A DNA stretch of 64,000 bases, taken from Methanocorpusculum sp. (GTDB lineage: Archaea > Halobacteriota > Methanomicrobia > Methanomicrobiales > Methanocorpusculaceae). The position numbers and the translations under genes are program-made. The DNA is taken from contig DALTWG010000001.1 of NCBI GenBank assembly GCA_029987245.1, positions 873-64,872 of the forward strand, given 5' to 3'. The notes below the pieces were generated by a model. That model had not been told where the DNA came from. It did no database searches and saw only the letters and a program-made list of their open reading frames with translations. Positions 40,316-48,849 of this stretch are shown one piece after another (within the stretch, counting starts at the first letter, position 1; every line of letters begins with the position of its first letter).

Positions 40316-40975
40316 ATGAATATTACCTCTATACGGCATAAACTAACCGGCTGGCTCAATCCGTTTGTCCGGCTGGCGGCAAAAACAGGCATTACGCCGA
40401 ACCAGATTACGTTTCTTTCGTTTCTGTTCGGGCTGGGTGCTGCGTTCTGCTATTTCTGCGGGGCGTTTCTTATCGGCAGCATTCTGCTTGCAGTTTCGGG
40501 CATTCTTGATTTAACAGACGGCTCGGTTGCGCGGCTGAATAACAAGAAGAGTGATTTCGGGGCGATTATCGACTGGATTGTGGATAAGTATGTGGACGGG
40601 TTTGTGCTGTTTGCAGTCGGTCTTTCGGTTTTTATCGCGGGGACGCCGAAATTCATGGCGGCAACAGGTTTGCCGATGCTGTTTTATGTCGCTGTGGCAG
40701 GGCTTGCGGTGCTTGGTTCGATTATGAACACGTTCATTAAGCCGGTGACGTATGCGGAGATTGGCTATTCGTGCAAGGAGGACGGAAAGATTTCCGACCC
40801 GCTGGAGGGCGTGGGCTTTTTCGGCAGGCCTGAGACTATGCTTTGTCTGATTTTAGGGGGGCTTTTCGGGGAGTTTATCTGGATTGCAGTGTTTATTATT
40901 GCGGTGTGTACAAATGCGTCTGCGGTGCAGCGGATTTGGTACCTGTGGAGGAAGTGTGGGGGATATAAGGAGTAA
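40316..40975 (+). CDS. CDP-alcohol phosphatidyltransferase (archaetidyl-inositol-phosphate/glycerol-phosphate synthase family)
   Basis: TPNQIT, DLTDGSVAR...SDFGAIIDWIVDKYVD signature, GRPE. Confidence 0.92.
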   Translation: MNITSIRHKLTGWLNPFVRLAAKTGITPNQITFLSFLFGLGAAFCYFCGAFLIGSILLAVSGILDLTDGSVARLNNKKSDFGAIIDWIVDKYVDGFVLFAVGLSVFIAGTPKFMAATGLPMLFYVAVAGLAVLGSIMNTFIKPVTYAEIGYSCKEDGKISDPLEGVGFFGRPETMLCLILGGLFGEFIWIAVFIIAVCTNASAVQRIWYLWRKCGGYKE

Positions 40976-41066
40976 ATTTTTTTGTAACTGTTCAACCACC
41001 TCAAAAAAAGCCCCGCGTGCTAAAATACCTCCCCGAAACCTCCGCAAAAAAGCCACCCGACCCCCA

Positions 41067-42359
41067 TTACTGCGCAAACCGTATCAGCGAATACAGCCCG
41101 TCCGCCTGGGGATGCGTCTCAAGCATCGGTGAAAACTCATGCACAAAAACCCCCCTCCTCACCAGATACCCCAGATACGTCCCGACCTCAGCGCACGACG
41201 GCGCGCTGCTTGCAAACCCTAATATCCTCCCCGACTCCTTCTCCACCGACAGATGCATCGAGCCCACACTGCCGTCGGCAACATGCCAGAAACTCCCCGG
41301 CCCCGCAATATTCGGCGCCGAATACGTAACCCCTGACTCATTTGCAGGGCACACTGTATAATCCAGCCCGAGCACCACCGTAAACGGCACCTGACGCAAA
41401 TCAACTGCGCGCGGCCGCCCTAAAATCGCATCCGCCGCCGCAAAACCCTGCAGCCGCGCAACCGGCGTGAAATACGGTGCGCCGGTAATGTCACCGCAGG
41501 CATACACATCCGCAACGGACGTCTGCATATACTCATTCACCTTAATAGAACCGTCCGGATTCGCCGCAAGACCCGAAACATACGGCGAGACCGGCCTAAT
41601 GCCTGTGGCAAACAAAACCGCGTCGCAGGCTATAGCCGAGCCGTTGAACTGCACCCCGCAGACCGCAGACTCACCTAAAATCCGCTCGACCTTTACGCCC
41701 TCGAAAATCTCCACCTCAGCTAAATCGCGCCGCACCGCTTTTTGCATCGCATCAGGCAGTACTTTTAAGAGCGCGCTTCGCGCAAGCAGCGTCACCTCCG
41801 AGCCGAACGCCGAAAAAATATACGCAAACTCCGCCGCCGCAATACCGCCCCCCACAATAACCAGCCGGCGCGGCAGAGTGCGAAGCAACCGTATAGACCG
41901 GGCCGTATACGTGCCCGGCAAATCCGCGCCGGGAATATCCGGGACATGCATTTCGCCCCCGGCGGCGATAATAATTTTCTCCGCATCCCGCGGCTCGCCG
42001 TTGACAAAGAGCTCGCTCCCCCGCACCTCGGCGACTGCGCCGTACTCTATGTTGACACCGGCCGCCTTTGTCTCATTTTCCAGAATATGCGCAAGCTTGC
42101 TCTGGATTTTTTCAAGCTCTGCGATGACCGCCGGATACTTCACACTGATATCGCCCTCGACGATACCGCGCGACTTTAAAAACTGCGCCTCCCGCACCGC
42201 GCGGGCGGCATCATTGAGACCACAGACAAGCATACAGCCGTCGTGCACACACTGCCCGCCAAGAGCCCGCTTTTCCAGAATGGTAACCTCGCGGCCCGCG
42301 CCTGCGAGCCGCAAAGCTGCCATTCTTCCGGCAGGACCCCCGCCTATGACATAAATCAT
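41067..42359 (-). CDS. Pyridine nucleotide-disulfide oxidoreductase (dihydrolipoamide dehydrogenase-like)
   Basis: VIGGGPAG, GGQCVHDGC redox disulfide, IVGGG, YACGD, C-terminal ETHP. Confidence 0.88.
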   Translation of the reverse strand: MIYVIGGGPAGRMAALRLAGAGREVTILEKRALGGQCVHDGCMLVCGLNDAARAVREAQFLKSRGIVEGDISVKYPAVIAELEKIQSKLAHILENETKAAGVNIEYGAVAEVRGSELFVNGEPRDAEKIIIAAGGEMHVPDIPGADLPGTYTARSIRLLRTLPRRLVIVGGGIAAAEFAYIFSAFGSEVTLLARSALLKVLPDAMQKAVRRDLAEVEIFEGVKVERILGESAVCGVQFNGSAIACDAVLFATGIRPVSPYVSGLAANPDGSIKVNEYMQTSVADVYACGDITGAPYFTPVARLQGFAAADAILGRPRAVDLRQVPFTVVLGLDYTVCPANESGVTYSAPNIAGPGSFWHVADGSVGSMHLSVEKESGRILGFASSAPSCAEVGTYLGYLVRRGVFVHEFSPMLETHPQADGLYSLIRFAQ

Positions 42360-42360
42360 C

Positions 42361-43296
42361 TCAGAAGATTTCGCAGCCCTCATCCGAGGGCACCGTTAAT
42401 TCCTCGCCGGTGTACGCATTAACCTCGATGATATCCTTCTTGCCGCGGACCTGCCAGACCGGGACATAGACCTTCTGAATCTTTATCTCGATATCATCTT
42501 CGGCAGGCTTGAAATCACGCTCCTCGGCAAAGATTGCATCTCCCGCCGTGGTCTTGATTCTGACATGGCGCGTAAGCTTTTTGATGAGCTTGGCAAGGAG
42601 CATTGCCTTGATTTCATCCTTGGAAGTGGTCGGCGGCACAATATTTGCATCCTGCGGAATCTCTCCCGGCTCGGGCACAACACCCTCGAAATCGCCCTCC
42701 GTGCTGTTGATTGCATTAATCCAGCCGCTTCCCTGCTCGTCGAAACTGACCGTCTTTCCCTTGTAGCTTGCCTGACCCATGCTGGTGTAGGTATAGTACC
42801 AGTAGGGAATCATGCGAAGCACCGTAGGCCCGTCCTGGCGCGCAACACGCACCGCATCGCGCGCGGAGATACGCATGGGGATAAGCATATCCGCGCCCAC
42901 CGGCGGCAGCGTCGGCGCAGCCGGTCCGACATACGCAAACGAGGGCGCTGCAATATCAAATTCCTCGCCCCAGATGCGCGCAAAGGCTGCGTTGACGATA
43001 TAATCGCCGAGTTTTTCTTTTGTCCATAATTCGGATTCCTTTGGCTGGAAGTATCCGTTGCCGGTGAAAATAATTTTGTCGCAGCGGGTCTTGATGCCGC
43101 CTAAGACTATAGTATAGGGGGTCTGGTCAAATCTCTGCAGCAGTTCGCGGTCATCGGAGCACAAAACAATGATGCACTTGTTCTCCTTGACGGCTGAAAG
43201 ATTGAAAGGGCCCTCTTCAAGTTCGCAGTCATAGCCTGCAGTTTCCAAAACCCGGCCGATTTCGGAAACTGCATTTCTGTGATTAAGTTCACCCAT
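42361..43296 (-). CDS. Conserved hypothetical protein
   Basis: Long ORF with coding-like composition from MGELNH. C-terminal VYVPVWQV...IEVNAYTGE. Confidence 0.7.
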   Translation of the reverse strand: MGELNHRNAVSEIGRVLETAGYDCELEEGPFNLSAVKENKCIIVLCSDDRELLQRFDQTPYTIVLGGIKTRCDKIIFTGNGYFQPKESELWTKEKLGDYIVNAAFARIWGEEFDIAAPSFAYVGPAAPTLPPVGADMLIPMRISARDAVRVARQDGPTVLRMIPYWYYTYTSMGQASYKGKTVSFDEQGSGWINAINSTEGDFEGVVPEPGEIPQDANIVPPTTSKDEIKAMLLAKLIKKLTRHVRIKTTAGDAIFAEERDFKPAEDDIEIKIQKVYVPVWQVRGKKDIIEVNAYTGEELTVPSDEGCEIF

Positions 43297-43666
43297 GATA
43301 TAGATAGGTTTGTTTTGCAACAAGATAAAGGCTATTGATTGGTTTCTCCAAACCCGCGGGGCTGCCGGAATTTTAGTAAAAAATAGCCAAAAAATCACCA
43401 TGATAATTCCCCGGTTTTTTCCTCTGCCGGCATGAAAATAATGCAGCTGTTTTCCACTATTGCATATTTTCAGCATAACTCATCTGCGTATCTGACGGGA
43501 TTTTCCTGTCACACCCCCCGGAAACATTCCTCCCGCCGGATGAATTTTTGTACCCAAATGTGTTGCTGTTTTATACCTACAACCCCGCCCTCCCGCAAAA
43601 ATACCCTGAAAATTATCATTCATTATCTTTATCTTCTGTCAAATCATATACATAACCAATAATAAA

Positions 43667-44755
43667 ATGGCGACACTTGCGCAATGGTTCTACGGCGGAA
43701 AGGACAAAGAGTTCTTTATCCGCCATTCAGAAGAGATTCGTCTGGCCAACACGAAAACGGCCGGCACCTTCGGCATAGTGATAACTGCCCTTGTCCTGCT
43801 CTTTACCATTTTTGTCTGCGCAAGCCGCCTGGAAACAGACCTGACCGCACTTTTTATCTTCACCGCCGTCCTGCTTGTCCTCAATATCTATTACTGGGTA
43901 TGGGGCAGGGAACACCCGAAACTGACGGTCTACTACATTCAGGTTATTTTGCTTATTCTCATCGCCTTCCTGATTCTAAGAGATATAATGGAGCCCGAGG
44001 AATACGCGGTATTTATCCCCCTGTTCCTGATTGTGATGCCGCTTCTCTTTATCAATCCGATGCACAAAACGCTCATCTCGATGTTAGTCGTGCTCGCAGG
44101 GTTTGCCTGCATAACGATACTGGTAAAAGGACCTACTGTTTACGGCATCTATGACATTGTAGATGTCTGTATTACAGCTTCCTTCGGCTTTTTCATGGGG
44201 CAGAACATTCTGCGGCTGCGTATTGGAACTATCGAAGCCTATGAAAAATTAAAGCAGAGCAGCGAATCAGAGGTTTCCAAAGCGCTTGACATGGCAAACA
44301 CCGATGCGTTAACCGGGGTGCGCAGCCGTTCGGCATACGAAAAGATATGTGCCACGCTGGATGAAAAAATTCAGGAAGGAACAGCGTCGGAGTTCGCGCT
44401 GGTTCTCTGCGATGTCAACGGTCTGAAAAAAACCAATGACACGATGGGCCATGAGATGGGCGACAAGCTGATAAAATCCTGCTGCCATGAAATATGTGTT
44501 GTCTATGCGCACAGCCCGGTGTTTCGCATCGGCGGCGATGAATTTGTGGTCCTCCTGCATGATTCGGATTACATGGACAGAAAGGCGCTCTTTGAGAAAC
44601 TCCATGAGGCTAATATGAAAACGAATGTTTCGTTTGCGTACGGCATGGCTGAGTTTGATTCGCAAAGAGATGCCAGAACGCAGCATGTCTTTGCCCGGGC
44701 CGACGCACAGATGTATCTGTGCAAAAAAAAGATGAAGGCAGCAAGAAGCGATTAA
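43667..44755 (+). CDS. Membrane-bound GGDEF-domain diguanylate cyclase
   Basis: About 6 hydrophobic segments, then TDALTG, CDVNGLKKTNDTMGHEMGD, FRIGGDEFVV, SFAYG, RADAQMYLCK. Confidence 0.93.
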   Translation: MATLAQWFYGGKDKEFFIRHSEEIRLANTKTAGTFGIVITALVLLFTIFVCASRLETDLTALFIFTAVLLVLNIYYWVWGREHPKLTVYYIQVILLILIAFLILRDIMEPEEYAVFIPLFLIVMPLLFINPMHKTLISMLVVLAGFACITILVKGPTVYGIYDIVDVCITASFGFFMGQNILRLRIGTIEAYEKLKQSSESEVSKALDMANTDALTGVRSRSAYEKICATLDEKIQEGTASEFALVLCDVNGLKKTNDTMGHEMGDKLIKSCCHEICVVYAHSPVFRIGGDEFVVLLHDSDYMDRKALFEKLHEANMKTNVSFAYGMAEFDSQRDARTQHVFARADAQMYLCKKKMKAARSD

Positions 44756-44987
44756 CGGTTTTGTAACTATTCAGCCTCCCTCAGTTAAGTGGTTGTATTT
44801 TTTGAATCATCTTTTCTGAAGCGCTCACGCGCAAAACGCAGATTTTCGCAGATTACACGCAGATTAGCGCAGATTACAACAGATTAAGGGCGGCGCCGAA
44901 TTACGGCGCCGCAAGGAAAAACAAAGAACTTTTTGTGTTTTAAAAATGTATTAAGAGATATGATTTTTTAACGGGCGGGCGTAACGC

Positions 44988-45034
44988 CGCGGGAGTGAAA
45001 CGACCAAGGCGTTGAGCACGGCTCCGCCGTGCGA
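44988..45034 (+). repeat. 47-bp hairpin repeat unit, intergenic copy A
   Basis: CGCGGGAGTGAAACGACCAAGGCGTTGAGCACGGCTCCGCCGTGCGA, stem GCACGGC/GCCGTGC. Confidence 0.85.
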
Positions 45035-45089
45035 TTTTCGCCCGCCGAAAGAATCTGCTGTAATCTGTGAAAATCTGCGTGTAATCGCC

Positions 45090-45135
45090 CGCGGGAGCCT
45101 GCGACCAAGGGCATGAGCAAGCCTTTGGCTTGCGA
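45090..45135 (+). repeat. Hairpin repeat unit, diverged intergenic copy B
   Basis: CGCGGGAGCCTGCGACCAAGGGCATGAGCAAGCCTTTGGCTTGCGA, stem GCAAGCC/GGCTTGC with compensatory changes. Confidence 0.8.
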
Positions 45136-45232
45136 CTGCGGGAATCTGCGTTTTTCGCGCGTAAGCGCGTTATAAAAGCCAAAAAGATAAAAAATTCAGC
45201 ACCATACATAAGGCTGAATAGTTACACGGTTT

Positions 45233-46006
45233 TTACAGCAGATTCGGCGCAGGCACTCTTTTATGCCTGCTTTTTTCCACCATGGCAAGCACCTTTTCCT
45301 CTACCGCATTCTGCGCCTCGCCGCCGTGTTTTTCAAGCGCAACAAGGGCCGCGTCAAGGTCGGTATAGGAAATGCCGATTTCAGACTCATCCGTCTGCCC
45401 CGCAAAAAAGCCGGCGCTCGGCGCTTTGCGTATAATGCAGTCCGGAATCTCCAGCTCCTTTGCAAGCGTGTAGACGTCTTTTTTGTACAGATGCAAAAGG
45501 GGCTGCACATCGGCAGCCGAATCGCCCCATTTCGTCGCGTAGCCTATCATATACTCGGTTTTATTCGAAGTGCCGCAGACCAGACAGCCTTTGGCCCCGG
45601 CGATATTATAGAGCACCGTCATTCTAAGACGCGATGCCGTGTTGCCGGAAAGAATCGGGGTATCAGTGTAGCCCGGCATTTCCTTGAGCGCGTCAAGGGC
45701 GCCGCCTATGGGGGCGACTGTCAGCTCCACACCGAATTTGTCACAGAGCTCCTTTGCGTCTGCATAGTCTTCTTGCAGAGTATTTTTTGCCGGGATGAAA
45801 ACCCCGAGGACGTTTTGCGGCGCAACGGCTTTGGCGCAGAGGGCAAGCGCTACGGCAGAGTCAATCCCGCCGGAGACACCAATTACAAACCCGTGCGCCC
45901 CGGCGCGCCAGACGGCGTCGCGCAGCATGTCTTTGATGCGTACCACCTCGCAGCCGATGCAGCGAAGCCCGCTTCCCAGTTCTTCATTTTTAAAGTATTC
46001 AACCAT
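45233..46006 (-). CDS. nadE: NH3-dependent NAD+ synthetase
   Basis: IGVSGGIDSAV, GNTASRLRM, GTSNKTE, GYATKWGD, KAPSAG...QTDE, SRHKR. Confidence 0.96.
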   Translation of the reverse strand: MVEYFKNEELGSGLRCIGCEVVRIKDMLRDAVWRAGAHGFVIGVSGGIDSAVALALCAKAVAPQNVLGVFIPAKNTLQEDYADAKELCDKFGVELTVAPIGGALDALKEMPGYTDTPILSGNTASRLRMTVLYNIAGAKGCLVCGTSNKTEYMIGYATKWGDSAADVQPLLHLYKKDVYTLAKELEIPDCIIRKAPSAGFFAGQTDESEIGISYTDLDAALVALEKHGGEAQNAVEEKVLAMVEKSRHKRVPAPNLL

Positions 46007-46643
46007 GTTTCAAATCCATAGTTTTGAGTGTGTCAGCGATGTTTTTCAGCGCATAAGGCGTTGCCGGATGCTCTGCACCAAAGCGCTTAAGAAAGTCCGC
46101 CGCCAGGCTGCTCTCCGGGCCCGGGGCGCCGCGTCGCACGGCAAAGTCGTGCTCATCGCCTTGGTCGCTTCGCTCCCGCGACGGTCGCACGGCAAAGCTG
46201 TGCTCATCGCCTTGGTCGCTTCGCTCCCGCGGCGCCTTCCAGCCGAAATGCCTCGCATAGGCAAAGACCTCTTCAGAGGTGAGGGCGGCAAACGGACACA
46301 GATGCTTTTTTTCTTCCAGCATGTACTCCGTCACCGTGCCGCTGAAGACATTTTCCAGGAGACCGCACGCAGTGTCATCGAGTGTTTTTGCGCATACAAT
46401 GAGGGCGCCTGTCTTCTCAGACGAGAACTGCACATCAGTCCGCTTTATGAGAAGATTTGCAAGAAATATGCGCAGGGCATAGGTTCGCACGGCAAAGCCG
46501 TGCTCATCGCCTTGGTCGCTTCGCTCCCGCGGCGTTTTGTATGTATGGTCTTCTTCGATGTATAAAACAGCACCGCGCGCAAGACCGCCGTTTTTGCGGA
46601 TTTCCTTTTTGGCTTTGGATTCAAAGAGGGCGATACTGTTCAT
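45999..46643 (-). CDS. Conserved hypothetical protein (possibly a degenerate TtcA/Ctu1-like fold) carrying three in-frame repeat insertions
   Basis: Open 214-aa frame overlapping the nadE start. TLDDTA, PFAALTSEEVFAYA and FLKRF...HP resemble the PP-loop thiolase C-terminal region. RERSDQGDEHxFAVR occurs three times. Confidence 0.65.
   Translation of the reverse strand: MNSIALFESKAKKEIRKNGGLARGAVLYIEEDHTYKTPRERSDQGDEHGFAVRTYALRIFLANLLIKRTDVQFSSEKTGALIVCAKTLDDTACGLLENVFSGTVTEYMLEEKKHLCPFAALTSEEVFAYARHFGWKAPRERSDQGDEHSFAVRPSRERSDQGDEHDFAVRRGAPGPESSLAADFLKRFGAEHPATPYALKNIADTLKTMDLKHG
46134..46231 (-). repeat. Two tandem intragenic copies of the 47-bp hairpin unit (period 51 bp)
   Basis: TCGCACGGCAAAGTCGTGCTCATCGCCTTGGTCGCTTCGCTCCCGCG at 46134-46180 and a near-identical copy at 46185-46231. 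Confidence 0.95.
46485..46531 (-). repeat. Third intragenic copy of the 47-bp hairpin unit
   Basis: TCGCACGGCAAAGCCGTGCTCATCGCCTTGGTCGCTTCGCTCCCGCG, perfect stem GCACGGC-AAA-GCCGTGC. Confidence 0.95.
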
Positions 46644-46688
46644 AGTAGTATGTTTGTTTTGCGATGTAAAAAAGATGCGGGATAAAAA

Positions 46689-48239
46689 TCAGCGCCGTCT
46701 GAGACACAAGCCCGCAGCCGCCGCGACACCAAGCCCCATTACAACCCCCGCAAACGGCACCGGCGACGAAACAGCGGCCGCCGCATCGGCACCCTTCTTC
46801 TCCGACACCTCCTCAACCGTACAGTCAGCCTTTTGAATCTGTGTATCATGAATACCCACAATAAACGCATCCGGCTGCTCAAGGAAATGAACGTGATAGG
46901 TCAGATCCTTGTTGTTCACCACATAACTGATAGCAGTAATCTGCTCCATGCCCGACTCCTTCCTTGCCGCATCAGGCAGCTGTGAGAAACACTTGACATA
47001 CAAATCATGGACATGCACTAAATCATAATTGCTCTCCGGCGACGCAATAAAATCATCCGTCCACAAAATGCCCTCCGCCTCCTCGCGCGCGCCGATTTCC
47101 TTCACACACGCAAGTTCCTCTTCATCAACCTTAATACCGTACTGCTCCTGCCAGGACTGTATTGTCGGCAGAATCACCGTGTTTACAAAGGCAGGCGTCT
47201 CATTTGCCCATTCGGATGAATAATCTGTTTCCCAGTCTTCAACCAGATCACCATTCGTGATAAAGTGCGAATACCAGATATGCTTCATAACAGCCTCCAT
47301 ATCTTCAGCATTCGTGATATCGCTATAGTATCTCATCATGTTGTCCCAGCGGCCGAAACCCATATCACATTTGTTAGCCGCGCGCGCATCCAGGTCCCAG
47401 AAGAAATTCGTCTGCCCGCAGGCATAACCCGGTCTTCCCTCATGCCAGACAACCTGATTGTTTACAAACTCCATCACACCGTATCTGCCGGTCGCATCCA
47501 TCAGCGTATATGCCAAATGCCAGTTGAGATAGGGATTGTCAAACGACTGGATATTCAGCGAGTTGACAAAGGCAAGTGCCTCCTCGATGTTTGCGCAGTG
47601 CATTGCCATCGGAAGAGTAAGCCCGGATTCGAGCACCGTTATTTCTGCATCCGGATTGGTCCCGCTGCAGTTAATTTCTTTACACTCATTGCGCATATTC
47701 ACCTCAATAACAAGACCTTTTTCATTCATGGTATCGGATGCAATGGTCGGGAATCCATAATAATAATCAGAAATAACAGCAGAATTTTCGACAATCTGGT
47801 CAAATGTCTGCAGCACCAGGTTAAAGTAACCCATGCCTACGGTTGCATACGTATCTGCGCTGCCATCTATGCGGAAAATGAAACACGGATTTACCGAAGA
47901 AGGCAAATCCATATTGCGCCCCATATAGAGCGAGCCGTCGTCCATTTCCTTCACCAGACAGGAGCAAAGAGCGGGTGTTTCACTAAGAAGCCTCTTATTT
48001 ATCGTGTTGTTGGCGTTTAGTTTCATGTCACTGTACAGCTCTGCCGGATACGTGCCAAGGTCAATTACCCCGCTCAGGTTTTTGTCGCGGTAGTCTGCGA
48101 GAATAGTAACCGGTATCAGTTCACCGGTCATGTCGGTATCTACCGGGGTATATCCGGTCGAAATAATCGCGGCGGCAGGCGACACAAGAAGCAGCATCGC
48201 CGCGGTAAAGATAAGGATTTTTCTAAAAAGTGATTTCAT
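46689..48239 (-). CDS. Secreted, C-terminally anchored Ntn-hydrolase (choloylglycine hydrolase / linear amide C-N hydrolase-like)
   Basis: Signal peptide, internal ALCSC...YMGRNMD, MNEKGL, QTNF, tail SPVPFAGVVMGLGVAAAAGLCLRRR. Confidence 0.8.
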   Translation of the reverse strand: MKSLFRKILIFTAAMLLLVSPAAAIISTGYTPVDTDMTGELIPVTILADYRDKNLSGVIDLGTYPAELYSDMKLNANNTINKRLLSETPALCSCLVKEMDDGSLYMGRNMDLPSSVNPCFIFRIDGSADTYATVGMGYFNLVLQTFDQIVENSAVISDYYYGFPTIASDTMNEKGLVIEVNMRNECKEINCSGTNPDAEITVLESGLTLPMAMHCANIEEALAFVNSLNIQSFDNPYLNWHLAYTLMDATGRYGVMEFVNNQVVWHEGRPGYACGQTNFFWDLDARAANKCDMGFGRWDNMMRYYSDITNAEDMEAVMKHIWYSHFITNGDLVEDWETDYSSEWANETPAFVNTVILPTIQSWQEQYGIKVDEEELACVKEIGAREEAEGILWTDDFIASPESNYDLVHVHDLYVKCFSQLPDAARKESGMEQITAISYVVNNKDLTYHVHFLEQPDAFIVGIHDTQIQKADCTVEEVSEKKGADAAAAVSSPVPFAGVVMGLGVAAAAGLCLRRR

Positions 48240-48363
48240 GGAATAGTATTTGTGTTCCTGGAATAATAAGAAGAAAGATTTGAGCGTGGGAAATGTAAGG
48301 GCAGAACGCAGGCTGTTAAATTATTTTTTGCAGATGCACAAAATAATTCAGTAGAATAAAAAG

Positions 48364-48750
48364 GTAACTATTCAGCCCTCCCATCCTGTTTTTTTGATAT
48401 TGCATCCTTATGTATAAGGGTTGTATATTCGTAACTATTCAGACTTATACATGATGCTGCATATTTTATCTTTTTGGCTTTTGTAATGCGCTTACGCGCA
48501 AAACGCGAGATTTCCGCAGATTACACGCAGATTAACGCAGATTACAACGGATTCTTGCGGCGGGCGAAAATCGCACGGAAAAACCGTGCTCAACCCTTCG
48601 GCTAAAGCCTCAGGAAATTCAACGGAATTCACGGAAACTAAACGGTTAAATTGGATGTTTCGGATATCAGAAAGCAATTTCTTCTGTGTTTTCTGTTGAT
48701 TTCTCTATTTCCGTGTTTTCTGTGGTGATTTCCGTGGTGATGTCTGTGTA
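48364..48750. mobile_element. Degenerate second copy or composite remnant of the MITE family
   Basis: GTAACTATTCAG at 48364 and 48431. 48431-48520 aligns by eye with the reverse complement of 45140-45225. CGCAGATT repeats and a partial hairpin unit at about 48558-48600. Confidence 0.75.
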
Positions 48751-48849
48751 GGCATTAAGATTTAAGCGACACAGCCAAAAATCCAACTGTCAAATTTTGG
48801 TTGCATCTGCACAAAATAATTCAGCAGAATAAAAAAAAAACGTCTGACC

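Larger units (their letters stand above)
44763..45225. mobile_element. Non-autonomous MITE-like element, 15-bp TIRs, 8-bp target-site duplication
   Basis: GTAACTATTCAGCCT (44763-44777) and AGGCTGAATAGTTAC (45211-45225) are exact inverted repeats. ACGGTTTT flanks both ends (44755-44762, 45226-45233). No transposase ORF. Confidence 0.88.

Noticed and set aside
40984..40997. GTAACTGTTCAACC, similar to the MITE TIR (also a weak match near 29384-29397)
   Set aside because: Single diverged end with no partner TIR or TSD. At most a remnant.
43300..43666. Possible c-di-GMP riboswitch upstream of the GGDEF gene
   Set aside because: No recognisable class I or class II consensus, only loose CCGG-rich repeats.
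44940..45209. 89-aa ORF inside the MITE as a transposase
   Set aside because: Too short, no DDE or HUH motifs, derived from repeat sequence.
46134..46531. 47-bp repeats as a CRISPR array
   Set aside because: Spacing is 4 bp and about 253 bp, there are no unique spacer-length sequences, and the copies lie in an ORF.
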